Assembly (NCBI GenBank): GCA_964016885.1
Contig: OZ024741.1
Span: 197,718,001 to 197,782,000, forward strand
DNA: 64,000 nucleotides
Reading direction: 5' to 3'
DNA from: Eledone cirrhosa
Lineage: Eukaryota
The position numbers and the translations under genes are program-made. Shown here one piece after another: positions 1 through 13,722 of the stretch. The notes beneath the pieces were generated by a model. It had not been told where the DNA came from. It was given only the letters and a program-made list of their open reading frames with translations, and did not search any database. The stretch's first letter is position 1. Each line of letters starts with the position of its first letter.

Positions 1-1270
1 GTCAGTTCACCAACCAGGGAAATCGGACAATTCAGGAATAGAGTAAACGGCCTAATTCAGTGTGACGGTGTAATGATTTTGTACTTACAGAATGCATTGT
101 GAAGAATACCTGAGTGTTTAAAAATCAATCCTCCACGCCTGGTCGTAAATTAACCAACGACGGTATTTCGTAATTGAGTGAATATAGGCGGTATGCATCT
201 TTCAAGTTAATGATAGTGGGGAGGTCAGCCCATCTGCGTGGTTTGAAGAACATTATTACCACCTTGGGAAATCACGGTTTAACATGTATATCTTTAATAC
301 AGTGTATAAATACCAGAAAGATGTCCTGCATGAGATTATATCATTGAAAGTATCGTGATAATAGAAGGAGCAATCTTAAAAAGGACAACAAATACTCAGT
401 AACACGAAGAACTAGAATCTCATGTCTGCTATATAGAATTTAATAATTTTATGGGTGTGGTTGCGGACTACAGCTCTGATGGCTATTTGGAAATAACTTC
501 TGTATTATGTGGGGTAAAAAATGGTTGAAGGATTGGAGGCAAAGGATTTTCAATTTATATTTCAGAGAGGGCAGTTAAAACAGAAGTCATAGAAGACGAT
601 GTGAAATCCTGGACAGAGAAGGGAGGTGAAACAGTCATGAAATCCTGGTGAACCAGATTACCAAGTGACAACGGAAGCAATAATAGTGGACGAAGTTCTC
701 ATCGATAATAATAGTGATAGTGAGAATAAGGAGGTCGGTAAACTATTGCTTGAGAAACCCTAACTTTCGTTTATCGTTTGATAATATCACTTCAGTATTG
801 TCTTATCAATCACAGTGGTGTTTCGCAATATTACATCTTAGAGCGTATGGTAAATCATTATCATTAGTGCAACATTAGCGATGTAAACAATAGAAACTGG
901 AATCATTTTTCAAGCCAATTCCTCTCAACTCTGCTATATCGGTGAAGCATGCTAATATTGATTTCTAATTTAGATACTTGACTGGTACTTTATTTTATAA
1001 ACCCTGGAATGATAAGTTGATCTCCGCGTTAGTTGAACTCAGAATGCAAAGAGGCAGAATAAATACAACAATGGCATTTTATCCAACTAATTCTGCCAAT
1101 CCACTACCCTGGAAGCCATCTAGTATTGATGACAGACCTGCTTTTGATTCAATTGCTTCTCAGTTACTCCAGATTTGTACGAATGGGAGGCAAAAGCCAG
1201 GATGCTTCATATATCCACAAGCTCATAAGGAGATGGAAAACCCCTACAAGAAAATTTCAATATATAAATA

Positions 1271-2539
1271 CGAGGTGGTATCAAAAAGTTCCCAGAATAG
1301 TTATGTTTAAAAGAAAACTAATATATTTACATACATTTTAACATCATCTTCGAAATGATCACCTTGCGCTGCAATACACTGGTCCTGCCACTTTTGGAAT
1401 ACGATTTGGAAGTCGTTTTCCGGAAGTGAGTCGAGGCCATTCTGCGATTTTCCACGGTGTTAAAATGGTGACATTTGACATACATTTTCAGCTTGTAGAA
1501 GAGATGGAAGTCCAGAGGTGCTAAATCTGGCTAATAGGGTCGGTGCGGAAGCGATACACTTGTTTTTAGCGAGAAACTCACGAGTGAGAAGAGCTCGGTG
1601 ACAGGGTGCATTGTCGTCGTGAAGAATCCAATTCTTCGTGCTCCACAGGTATGGTCGCTTTCGCTAAACGTCCTCCCTGAAACACATACAAATGTTGCAG
1701 TAGAACTCACGATTGATAGTATGGCTCCGGGGGATGAATTCTCGATGCACAAAACTGTGGATTTCGAAAACAACGATCAGCATGGCTCATGATTGAGCTG
1801 CAGCTCGGTCATGGAGATGAAGGGCGTTTCCACTGTGTCGACTGCTACTTCGTCTCAGGGTCGTACCTATAGACCCAACTCTCGTCACAGAAGATGATCT
1901 CTGACATGAAGGATGGATCATCATCAGCGGCACACTGACGGTGGTCTTGACAGACTACGACACGATGTTTTTCTTCCCAGTTGTCAGCAGGCAGGGGACA
2001 AACTTGACAGCAGCACACCACATGTTCAATTCAGACGATAGGATTGCCTGATTGGACCCATATGACAGACCAACAATACCAGCAATATCATTGATTGTCT
2101 TCCAACGATCCTCATGCACCAGTTGATTAATCTTCTCCACATTTCCAGAGGTGACGCTCATGGCAGGTCTTCCAGATCGTTCATCATCTTCCGGGGACAT
2201 ATTCCCGCTTTTGAAGCACCCGTGCCACTCGAAGCATTGCATACGATCCATTGCCTTGTCACCGTAAGCTTACGAAAGCATGTTCAATGTCTCTGTAGCA
2301 GACTTCCCAAGTTGAACGCAAAATTTCATGTTAACTCTGCTCCAACTTCCTGTTCATGATAAAATCGCAGGCTACGGCATACACGTGATCACAAAACACA
2401 CATTTCACGACTTACGAAGAGAACACAGTGATGTTACTCGGCATACTGGCACTATTAATTCTCACTGCGCGCGTGATCGTGTGCTACCATCTGTTGGCGT
2501 GCTACAGAACTAATCCCGAAACGTTTTGATACCACCTCG
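1271..2539 (-). mobile_element. Full-length decayed mariner (Tc1/mariner, DD34D) transposon, about 1.27 kb
   Basis: Terminal inverted repeats cgaggtggtatcaaaa (1271) / ttttgataccacctcg (to 2539), with TA on the left flank. Length is typical of mariner and a transposase remnant lies inside. Confidence 0.92.
1326..2357 (-). pseudogene. Mariner transposase pseudogene (stops and frameshifts)
   Basis: Minus-strand motifs MKFCVQLGKSATETLNML, EDDERSGRP, AVKFVPCLLT (WVPHEL equivalent), WVYRYDPETK, HDNAPCH and PY*PDLAPLD (YSPDLAP equivalent). Confidence 0.9.
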
Positions 2540-4688
2540 TTTATATACGTATATATATATATGTATATATATAGTGAAAATATGATGTAAATAAATACAT
2601 AGGAGGATTAGACATATGTGTGTGTTTATTTTAGTGTATATGTGTGTTTAGTGTATGTGTGTGCATGTATGGGTGTTATTGCATGTGTGAATATTTATGC
2701 TTTGAGTTACATGTGTACATGTGCATATGTTTCTGTATCTATACATGTTGTGTGCAGTTATTACATGCTGAATTAATGCATGTATGTATGTACGTACATA
2801 CCTATGTATGTATGTATGTACATCCCTATGTATGTTTGTATGTATATATGTGTGTATGTATGTGTGTATGTATGTATATATGTATATAGAAGCATTTCGT
2901 ACCTTCGTGAGGCTGTATCTGTCAAATATAAAACATAATATATGAAGTGTAACATGGAGGTATCTCCCTAAAGATGAAGAATCAGGGCTCTTTAAAACAA
3001 CCCCCATCTTCTGCTACGGATATATTCACCTTCTCAGTTTTAATCTACACCCAGGCGAAATTGAAGATTCGGACCTCTGATCCGAATCAGATTGATGGTT
3101 TTCGCCCTAGCCTCACTCAGCTGCCCATCACAAACTTTATGAACGAGCAGCAACTCTACCATTATACCCACTTTTTCCTTCTACTCAACTCGGAAATGTC
3201 GAGGTGGAAATGAACTTATCATGAATAGAATTAAATATTCGGTGACATGGCAGCCTGTAATTTGTGAGAAGAATGTATGCTCATCAATATTTAACCATCG
3301 TTCAATGTCGAACGTATTTAATGTAACATTAGCGTCCTACTTGACATTTGAGCACAGCGGGAAAGCGCATGTAGCTTTAAGTAAGAGGTATAATAGTTTT
3401 CCACGCCAACTCAATTTACTTATTTTGTATAATATATTTTACTATAACTTTACATTTGATAATGAGTGCTCGGCCAATTAAAACGAAAAACATGAATAAA
3501 TTTAACAAAAACAAATACTAATCTTATAAAACAGTATATCAGTGAATCGATTGAGTATACAAGAGAAGGCAGTGTTTTCACGTATACTTTCTCAATGAAC
3601 AAGAGAGCGCTTAACGAATGAAAATATTTGACTTCATATTGATGCAAAGAATTAGATCTAATCAATAGATCAGTATAAATCAGAATCTCTCTTTGGCAGC
3701 TTTGAAATTTATTGTAGACGTTACTCAACCTCATTAATTCTACAACAGGTGTTGATGTTATTGTTATTAATGTAATTCTTTATGTTGAATTGGTAAGACG
3801 TGTGTTTGTTTGCATGTCAGTTATCCAAACATTCATCGGATTACCTACTAAAGTGAACGGATTATTACGCAGACTTTATTCAAAATGAAGTAGATTTTTT
3901 AAAACCTGGTAGTCACTCGTTTAAAAATAAAGACTTTAATTCACCAAGCAAGCCCTTTTCCCCGTCAGGCATTTACACATGGCAAACATTCATGTGGAAA
4001 TTTTCAACGGGACGAAAAGAGAAACAAGGACATATAAACAAGATAGCTCGTACATTTGAGGATTAAATATGAGAAAAAATACATGCAATATTCGCATCAT
4101 AGTGCGCACATACACAAACAGCTTTAGTCAAAATTCAAACGTAGAAAACAACAAATCATTTGTCGTATTGCTAGATATAAATACATGTTAAATAGGAGTC
4201 AAGTAGCGGAAAATTAAATGGTGTAGCATGAATACGCAATGATACGAAGGCTTTTATCTATGAACGAGAGAAAAGTAACGTATTTCTGATTTTCAAACTA
4301 GGAATAGAATTTTGAACTACCCCTAGAAGAATATTTGCAGGAAACCCTGACGCTATATGAAAATTGTTTTCTATCGACCAGGGCTACATAGCGCAAGGGC
4401 TTCAAAATGTTTTTAATTAAACATACAGTGTATTACCAAATATACTATACATACATTCATCTATACATCGCTATTTCAGAGCACCAATCCTAATACATAT
4501 ATATATATACGTATATATATATATATATATACGTATATATATTATATATATATATAGAAAGAAAGAAAGAGAGAGAGAGAGAGGAAGAGAGGGAGAGAGA
4601 GAGACAGAGAGATGGAGATCAGGATAATACCAGTTTTAAACTAGTAAGGCCATTATTCAGCAGAGTATTCGATACTTGCGATAGTAGA

Positions 4689-4792
<104 letters not shown>

Positions 4793-4981
4793 ATGTGTGT
4801 GTATGTGTGTGTGCAAAAGGTTCAGTAAGTTCGGAGAAAACTGTTTTTGTTTATAACAGTTATTTTCTTGTAATGCTCGGGATACTTGCGTCCGTTGGAT
4901 TCTAGGCCCGTGATTTGTCATTCTATAGGCTTGTTTGTGTTTGGCAGATTCGTCTTCAGATTTGATGTGATTTTTGTTGTG

Positions 4982-5046
4982 TTAACACTGGTCTGAGGAA
5001 CAGGCAGGCTTGGAGTCTGCCTGGGAAACATTTGTAACTGGGTTAA
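4982..5046 (+). ncRNA. Type I hammerhead ribozyme, followed by AATAAA
   Basis: ttaac-a-ctggt CTGAGGA a[caggcaggct tgg agtctgcctg]g GAAAC attt GTA actgg-gttaa. 10-bp stem II, stem I of about 10 bp, A.G at the 10.1/11.1 position. Confidence 0.8.
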
Positions 5047-5266
5047 GCAATAAATCTCATATGTAACACCTTTACTTTGTTCTTACATATATATATATAT
5101 ATATATATAAGAATTAAGAATTAAAATACTAGAGTGTGTTGGAGTTAAACACCCTCGTCGTATTATAGAAATGACAGTATAAGATATAGCTCAATGTAAT
5201 TAAACAGAGCCGAAGAATTATAAAAAATAAACAAAGAAGCCTTCAATACATCAAAAGTCTTTATTA

Positions 5267-5307
5267 GCCGACAATGTTTCGTCCTATTAATAAGGACTCA
5301 TCAGGGC
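5267..5307 (-). ncRNA. Minimal type I hammerhead ribozyme
   Basis: Minus strand: gcc CTGATGA gtcct tattaat aggac GAAAC att GTC ggc, followed by taataaa. Confidence 0.88.
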
Positions 5308-5564
5308 AAGTAAAGCTACAAGAAGCACTAACGGCCAATACAAGCCAAAAACTCAGAAGAATAGGGAGTTTACATCTATTAAAGCTTAGGAAAGATATCA
5401 AGGAAAAGTTTGCTAAGATTAAGAGTGAGCAGTTACAAATATAGATATAGACCAAATAGCAAGGAAGTGAGTAACATGTTGAACCCACATTGCAAATACT
5501 GTATATACTGTATATACTGTATATACTGTATAATGCAAAAACTTGAAACACAAATGGTAATATA

Positions 5565-5742
5565 ATTGTTTCTACTTTAGGCACAAGGCCAGCAATTACC
5601 CAGTGCATTACTGGTACTTTATTTTATCGACCCCGTAAGGATGAAAGGTAAAGTCAACCTCGGCGGGATTTGAACTCAGATCGTAAAGGGACGTAACTAT
5701 GCTGGAAAGCATGGCGTCTGACCCTCTACCGATACTGCCAAA
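5565..5742 (-). mobile_element. tRNA-derived SINE, young short subfamily
   Basis: Near-identical to 40705-40893. B-box gagttcaaatccc on the minus strand. Confidence 0.9.
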
Positions 5743-6914
5743 TGCGAGAATTACAGTACGATATATAATATAATATAATGGATGGTGATAATAAAAAGCT
5801 TAATATATGTATATATATATATCAATACATATATACATTAGTACAAACACAGACTAACACTTATTAAGTATTTAAATATATATATATATATTTTTTGGTT
5901 ACAATATAATATAATAAAAATAAAAATAAGAATAAAGATAAAAATAAAAAATAAAATATAATATATAATCCCCTGTCAGTGTGCATAAACAATATAAAAA
6001 CATTATAATAACATTATAATAACAATATTATAATATATTGGCATCAAAAGATATACAAAATTACATCATACATATAATTCAAGGCTAACAAATAGTATAA
6101 AGTTTTACACAGGGTAAGAAAAAAAATATCATATAGAACTAAATTGTGTTGAAAAAATATCTATACCATTGCAACAAATACACGGAGGTCAAGGCACTTT
6201 AGATTGGCATAAATATTACCAAAATATTACAAAATATTACAGAATATAACAAAACAGTACCTCAAATAACAGACATATATTAAAATCTATAATACGATTA
6301 CATAAAAATGATATGATATAACAACGTTAATATCAAATAGCAAACAGAGTCTAAGGAAATGCTTAAGATATATATTTACGTGGTTGACATACACAGACAT
6401 ACAGAATGAAATTACATGAATCAGACAGACAGCGTGTGGTAGTAAAAAAATAAATAAAATAAAACGAAGATCGAAAACAAGTATATTTACTTAGGTGTCA
6501 CATGCGGTTAAGTAAAAGAAAAAAAGATAGAAATGTAAACCGGAGAATTAAATAGAAAATCTTATTAAATTAATTAATATTAAAAGTATTTAAAATACAT
6601 ATTTAGTCACTTCAAAATTGACTAGAGTTTAAGTCATCATATATATATATATATACATATATGTGTGTGTGTGATGATAGCTAAGATGCTTCCATAGGCG
6701 GTATGCCGGTTGAGCACTTTATGCTGTTACAGAGCAGAGTATGATAGAATAGAAAACGAGAGATCAGTGATGCATCTGAACTCAATTTATTGTGTGTTAC
6801 AATTGTTTCGTCGGCGGACAGCTCGAGACGTGATCATTGTGTGGATCTGTTTGATTCTGGACCCGCAGGTTCGACGGACACGTCTAATGATTTCGGACCA
6901 TATTTTCGTTTTCT

Positions 6915-6971
<57 letters not shown>

Positions 6972-7118
6972 GTTAAAATACTGGAGTGTGTTGGAGTTAA
7001 ACACCCTCTTCGTATTATAGAAATGACAGTAAAAGGTATAGCTCAATGTAGTTAAACAGAGCCGAAAAATTAAGAGAGTAAAACAAAGAAGCCTTCAATA
7101 CATCAAAAGTCTTTATTA

Positions 7119-7156
7119 GCCGACAATGTTTCGTCCTATTAAGGACTCATCGGGGC
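7119..7156 (-). ncRNA. Hammerhead ribozyme motif with CCGAUGA core
   Basis: Minus strand: gcc CCGATGA gtcct taat aggac GAAAC att GTC ggc. It differs from 9994-10031 by a single T/C in the core. Confidence 0.75.
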
Positions 7157-8932
7157 AATTAAAACAACAAGAAGTAATATCGGCAGATACAAGCCGGAAT
7201 CTCCGAAGAATATGGAGTGCACATAAACTGAAGTATTACAAAAATATATAATAAAAATATATGATAATAATTACTAAGGATGTATATAACATTAAGAACC
7301 ATATTACAAATATAGTCCAAAGCAAAAACTAGAGCTAAACAAAGGTGGTTATATAGAGCAGGAATTTTATATAATACAATATAACATACAATAATATACC
7401 TTTACCAACATTAGAATCAAAAATTACAATAAAAATCAAAAGATACAATATGCATATGTATATATGTGCGCACACGTACACACACATACACATACAACAA
7501 TACGCACATCCATCTTCCACTGCACAAATTAAACCTTATTAAGAATTTGAATATAAAAATAAGCATGGTAGGAATGAAAATAATAATAATAATAATACTA
7601 ATACATCTACCCAATATACATGAGGTAATAATATGATATAATTATAAGTAACACATATAATAATAAATAATACAATTATATACTATATAATACAATATAA
7701 TAGAATAGATAATCTCCGGTTAATTTACACAAACAATATAGATGTCACAATAATAATATAATAATAATAACATTTACAATATACAATATACTAACATTTA
7801 TCAATGTACTCAAGTTAACAAATCGGTTCATATTGGGTTACAGAGTAGGTGAGGAAAAATAAATTGTACAATACCTCAAAAAACTTACAGAAGTAGAAAC
7901 ATCTTACATGATATATAAAGTTTAACATATCATAATGTTACATATAATTAACGGTAAGTAATAAGGATCAATATTACAATAAAAAATACAATATAATATA
8001 TTATATAAAATAAATTAATACAATATAATATATAATTACTTATAATTACAAGGTTGGTAGACAGACATGTATATGGATGAGTGAGTGAGTGCCAGACAGT
8101 GAAAATAATGCACAGTAGTATTATAATATAGAATAAAATAAATAAATAGATAGAATCAACCGGAAATTTAAAAAAAACAAAAACAAACGTATACATATAG
8201 GTCTCCCATGCAGTTAAGTAGTTAAGTAAAAGCTAAGGAAAACAACCCCTGTAAATGACTCGAAAACCCTATTTGATAAATTAATATAAAAAATATTTAA
8301 ACTATCTAATAAGGCAGTATAATATTAGCTATAGTTTAAGTCATTAAAGTTTATAAACGTTAATATTTCGTTGCAAATGTTTACAAGAAGGAATGAAAAT
8401 TTATTATTATCATATACATAACGATATCCAAAGAACTGACTTAAGCAGGATTAAGGTAGGCTAATAGGGACAGAAAAGAAGAAATGTATGGAGGATGCAA
8501 AGGGGCATAAAATATAGTCGATATACTATATTACATAATAGAAAGGAGTGTAAAAGAGGGGGGGGTTAAATATAATATAATCATAGTCAATTTGGAGGGG
8601 TTGACAATAAGTTTATGTGCGCATGGGGGGGAGAAGGGGGGGGGGGTTCCAAAGAAGAATCCGAATAAAGATAAAAATAAAAATAAAAATAAAAATAAGA
8701 ATAAGAATAAGAGTAAAATAAAATAAATAGCGTAAAATATATAATCTTATATACATTCATAAGGTGTAACAGTGAAAATTTAATGCGTAAGAAGATAGAT
8801 GTGGTACAGTAGCCAAAAGATTATGAGATCTAGAATGAAGAGTTATCAGAAACCAATTATAACAATGATGATAATAATAATGCTGGCAAACAAAAGGACC
8901 TAAACTAAAAACTAAGTAATGGAATATATCAC

Positions 8933-9965
8933 CTAATGGTTACAATTTGTACTACTAGAACGTTTAGGTTTATAATAAAAATATGAATTAGAAATAGCAT
9001 GGGGGCAAGAAGAGAATATCTCAGACTTTCTATTAAGTAAAGATGCGCTAGAGAAGATTATAGAGTGTGTCTCGAGGATACAGAGATTACAAAACTTAGT
9101 ATGTGTAGAAAGGTGGTTAGAGCGTGCTACTAAACGCCAGTTAAGGCTATATGGTATATTAGCTATCTTAAGATCCCAGACATAATGTGCTAAAGAAGTA
9201 GAATTCTTAAACTTAACATGCTTGAAATTAGAGATATGAGAGTTAAACCTAGTCTTAAAAGTGTTAGATGTAGAGCCTATATAAGTTCTATTAGAGGAAT
9301 TAGTTATAACTTCACAAGCATAGACAATGTTCTTAGAAAGGCAGTTACCGTTTAAAGGGCAATTAGCACTCACTCTACAATTGCGCTTCCGGGTGTTATT
9401 GGTTGACTCAAGTGGTGATGCACTACACGTAAGATTGCTATTAGATAAGGACTGTTCTGGTGGTAATGCATTGCCAGATCTGTTCAGACTAGTAGTATGT
9501 AGAGAGGAGAATCCATCCCTAATTTTCCTATTGTTAGTGCTAGCTAAATGAGAACTAATATTAGGGGTGGTAGAGAATGAAAGTTTAATAACATTTTTAT
9601 TAAAAATACTATGGTATTTATGAGAAGGGGGGAAATTTTTCTCTAAGATAGAGAAGAAAGACCTAGGGATATTAGTTGATACTTCCTGATTATATGACGG
9701 GTTAAAATAAGTGTTTAATCGCCTTCTATTTTTATTCTTACCGACTCTACCATTATCAAGTATCCCACCATCGAGACTAGGGTTACTACAAGGATTAGTT
9801 AAAGCCGCATTCATAGAATCAGCCAAAATTTCATTAAGTCTATTACAGTTTCTACCTCCAGTAGATCTGCTGCTGTCCGGAATCCCATCATAAGGATCAG
9901 GGCCAATGATAGGATCAGTAGGAGCAACATTATCAGAATAAGATCCAGCTAAATTATCACCAATG
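8933..9965 (-). CDS. Penelope-like RT thumb + C-terminal GIY-YIG endonuclease (5'-truncated, frame uninterrupted)
   Basis: Thumb-like YFNPSYNQEVSTNI...FPPSHKYHSIFNKNVIKLSFS. Then NCRVSANCPLNGNCL, IVY...YIG, RFNSH, CNLCILE and SSCPH. By manual translation the frame stays open upstream of the listed 297-aa ORF to the inversion junction. Confidence 0.9.
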
Positions 9966-9993
9966 TGCCGATATTACTTTTGTTGTTTTAATT

Positions 9994-10031
9994 GCCCTGA
10001 TGAGTCCTTAATAGGACGAAACATTGTCGGC
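9994..10031 (+). ncRNA. Minimal type I hammerhead ribozyme in the inverted pLTR
   Basis: gcc CTGATGA gtcct taat aggac GAAAC att GTC ggc taataaa. Predicted cleavage after 10028. Confidence 0.88.
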
Positions 10032-10159
10032 TAATAAAGACTTTTGATGTATTGAAGGCTTCTTTGTTTTACTCTCTTAATATATATATATATATATGTG
10101 TTTGTGTGTGTGTGTATGTGTGTGTGTGTTAATCAGTTTATATATATATCAGTTTATAA

Positions 10160-10311
10160 CAAAGGAAATGTGGTAAGGAACCAGGTGGACCATAACGCAC
10201 CAAAGTACTCAATACTTAGGGTAGTAGAGTGGGTAATAGGAACGAGTAGGACCCCGACGGCTGAGCTCAAGCCGTATCGACGGCTAATTCTGGACTAAGT
10301 CCAGAATTAGC
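10160..10311 (-). mobile_element. Short Penelope-type tail cassette truncated at a hairpin (same family as 42521-42726)
   Basis: About 135 bp near-identical to 42523-42657. It ends in the hairpin gctaattctggact-a-agtccagaattagc. Confidence 0.75.
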
Positions 10312-10637
10312 TATCAGTTTATATATATATATAGTTAATCAGTTCATAACTTAACTTTACTATGGTTCACCAGTTTGAGCTCTCGATGCATAAGTGGTTT
10401 ACTATGTGGTATTGCACGTTTAGTGTTACGCCGTGGTCTGTATTCTTCAGAAGTAGCGTGATAGTAACAATAATAAATATTAGAAACGATGGGTCAAAAT
10501 AATACCACTATGTTTATTCACGTGTGATGCGCGTTTCCTAATTGATCTGATACTGATCGTGAAATGCACGCATGAATGAATATAATGATGATATTTTGAC
10601 ACCTCGTTCCTACTCCTTATTATATATATATATATAT

Positions 10638-11192
<555 letters not shown>

Positions 11193-11499
11193 ACATACAA
11201 CACAACAGGAGGAAAATATAACACCACTGACGATGTTGCAGATGTGCAACGAAAGATTTATGATAAACTATATATATGTGTTTGTGTCTATATTGTATCT
11301 GTATTATTTTTGACCATCGGTCAGTCAATGGCAACATTGAGGACCGAGTAAGTTAGATTACCGATATAAAAGACACAGAAGCGAGAAGCGAAAACCAACC
11401 AAACAGTGAGTGTGTTCTGTTATTAATTCTGACAATATTACACAAATATGACCATCCCCAAGTATAACAATATATATATATATACATATATATATACAT

Positions 11500-12112
11500 A
11501 CATGGTGGCTGCCAACTCGTTTTCGAGTACGGCCACTACTTTATATCCATGTAGGAGAACCCCCACTGATGCGCTAAACGAGTGTGACTTTTCACTCCAG
11601 CCAGCGACTTGAAAACTCTGGTACAAACACTACACTTGTGACAATTATTGACACACAGTGCTGGGCCCATGGTACCATGTCACGACAAGTGCAGAGAGAT
11701 CTCCAGATATAAAGCAATGCCTGTGCCGTGAAGCTTTTATAGTGAGCAAAGGCACTGCACAAAGCCAGTCCCACTCTCTTAACCAAGATGATATTTACCA
11801 AAAAGAAGAACAAGTCAACATCATTGGATACCATCAGAGTTGCAGGTGTTATATCAGAGTTTTCCTTCTCCTAGAATTCTGCCTTGACAAAGGCTAAGGG
11901 GTCATCTCTCCCGGTGATTTTGGATGGCCATTGACTCTTTAGAGCTCCTTTGCCTTTTGACAGGTTTTGTTTTTAGTCCTGCAGGATGTCCAAAGTCACC
12001 CTCCTCACCAAGCAACCTTGGTGGGGTTGCCAGTTTAGTCGCCAACGACCCGACCATGAGACAGGTTGTACTGGGATACATGTTACCAGTAGCACCAACT
12101 GGTGACCTGACA
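11500..12112 (-). mobile_element. Non-autonomous, probably RTE-derived retroelement in (TACA)n
   Basis: Flanked by tacatacata on both sides. The 3' part is near-identical to 59350-59650 and related to 21637-21847, and the 5' part is related to 33790-33955. It contains ctaggagaaggaaaactctga, which I recall from RTE 5' UTRs. Confidence 0.65.
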
Positions 12113-12115
12113 TAC

Positions 12116-12152
<37 letters not shown>

Positions 12153-12160
<8 letters not shown>

Positions 12161-12721
12161 TTAGTTAAGCAAAACAAGACCACAAATTTCACAAGGAAGA
12201 CATTATTAAAAGATTGTTAACATATTTCAGTTTGATGTAAGGAATGTAGAGAATAATAATAATAATATTAATAATAATAATTATTTCTACGTTTGGCACA
12301 AGGCCAGCAAATTACCCAGAGCATTACTGGTACTTTATATTATCGACCCCGTAAGGATGAAAGGCAAAGTTAACCTCGGCGGGATTTTAATATTAATATT
12401 TTAATATTAATAATAATAATGTCCGTTTAATATTTCTGGATCAGATGACTATATATCATTATTGATCTGGTTCAGTTGAAAATAATTAACATATTTAAAA
12501 ATTCCTTGTGAAATTTGTGGTCTTGTTTTGCTAAACTAATGAATATTTCCAGCTCTGCGCACCTAACTTCTGCATGAACCCAGCCACTTAGCTGCTTTCT
12601 ACTGCATATTGCACATTGAGCATATGCCTTTACGCTTTGGCTTCTAACTAATTCACCAATCTCTCCCCTCCTATCTCCTCTCTTATCTCCATCTCTCTCT
12701 TTAAGATTGGTTACTCTTGAA

Positions 12722-12725
<4 letters not shown>
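12153..12725 (+). mobile_element. Fold-back Penelope-type cassette with an internal SINE fragment
   Basis: Inverted repeat 12153-12197 vs 12503-12547. The tail contains acattgagca, a SINE piece lies at 12281-12388, and both flanks are (TA)n. Confidence 0.55.
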
Positions 12726-12760
<35 letters not shown>

Positions 12761-12845
12761 TATGTTATTCCGGGTTGAATCAGAGGTAACCACAGTAAGT
12801 AAGGTACTCAATACATAGCAAAGTATAAAAGTTTTAATATAGATG

Positions 12846-12896
12846 AGATTCTACAGGACTAGAACTGTTTCATTCTTTAGAAATCATCAGGAATCT
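12846..12896 (-). ncRNA. Type I hammerhead ribozyme
   Basis: Minus strand: agattc CTGATGA t[ttc taaa gaa]t GAAAC ag ttctagtc ct GTA gaatct. 6-bp stem I, 4-bp stem III. Confidence 0.82.
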
Positions 12897-13296
12897 GGCT
12901 GTCCAAAATAAATGTTGTGGTATTTATATATTTTCAGGTGGTAGGAGAGGGTGGGAGTGGGATGGGTAGAGGTCATTGGTTGAAAGAAAAGGGAATTCAT
13001 TAAAAGCCAATTCTTTAAGCCTATAATTTATATTTAGAGTGACAAAGGCAGAAAGAATTCTATGAACAAGTTCAAATTGGGGTGCCACTCCCAATTTTTA
13101 AGTTTCTCTTAAGCCAACAATGAATATATTTCTCTTAAGCCAACAATGAATATATTTCTTAAGCCAACAATGAATATATTTGGGAGTCAGCCATGGTTGA
13201 TGGATTTAAAGAAAAGGGAAATTCTTTAAAAGCTAATTCTTTAAAGCTCTACTTAGAGTGACAAAGGCCAAGAGAATTCTTTAAACCAGTTCAAAT

Positions 13297-13428
13297 ATTG
13301 TTTCTACTTTTGGCACAAGGCCAGCAATTATCCCAGTACATTACTGGTACTTTATTTTATCGACCCCGTAAGGATGAAAGGCAAAGTAAACCTCGGCGGG
13401 ATTTGAACTCAGATCGTAAAGGGACGTA
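13297..13428 (-). mobile_element. 5'-truncated young SINE with 19-bp target-site duplication
   Basis: taaaccagttcaaatattg at 13282-13300 and 13427-13445. Confidence 0.9.
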
Positions 13429-13669
13429 AACCAGTTCAAATATTGGGTGCCTATCCTTATTGTAATAATAATTGGGAGTGGCACCCCAATTTGAACTTGT
13501 TTATATAATTCTGTCTGCCTTTGTCACTCTAAATATAAATTATAGCTTTAAAGAATTAGCTTTTAACGAATTCCCTTTTCTTTCAACCAATGACCTCCAC
13601 CCATCCCACTCCCCACCCTCTCCTACCACCAGAAAAGATATAAATACCACAACATTTATTTGGGACAGC

Positions 13670-13722
13670 CAGATTCCTGATGGTTTCGAAAGAATGAAAC
13701 AATTCTAGTCCTGTAGAATCTG
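13670..13722 (+). ncRNA. Degenerate hammerhead (CUGAUGG) in the inverted pLTR arm
   Basis: cagattc CTGATGG tttcgaaagaat GAAAC aattctagtcct GTA gaatctg. Confidence 0.65.

Larger units (their letters stand above)
5109..6637 (-). mobile_element. Penelope-like element 3' UTR + pseudo-LTR (diverged sister of 6968-10080), interrupted by a SINE
   Basis: 5120-5345 is near-identical to 6972-7200. Further shared blocks: 6490-6515 vs 8196-8220 and 6555-6637 vs 8262-8344. Flanked by (TA)n. Confidence 0.8.
6968..10080 (-). mobile_element. 5'-truncated Penelope-like retroelement (Naiad-like) with inverted 5' pseudo-LTR
   Basis: RT-thumb + GIY-YIG ORF, about 1.75 kb of 3' UTR and a hammerhead-bearing pLTR at about 6968-7185. 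An inverted, nearly identical pLTR copy lies at 9966-10080. (TA)n on both flanks. Confidence 0.9.

Noticed and set aside
8933-9965. Selenocysteine recoding as reported for some Naiad elements
   Set aside because: No in-frame TGA in the retained ORF, so nothing supports it here.
12028-12110. HDV-like ribozyme at the 5' end of the RTE-related element
   Set aside because: P2- and P4-like pairings and a CUAA junction are visible, but I could not build a proper P3/L3/P1.1 pseudoknot by hand.
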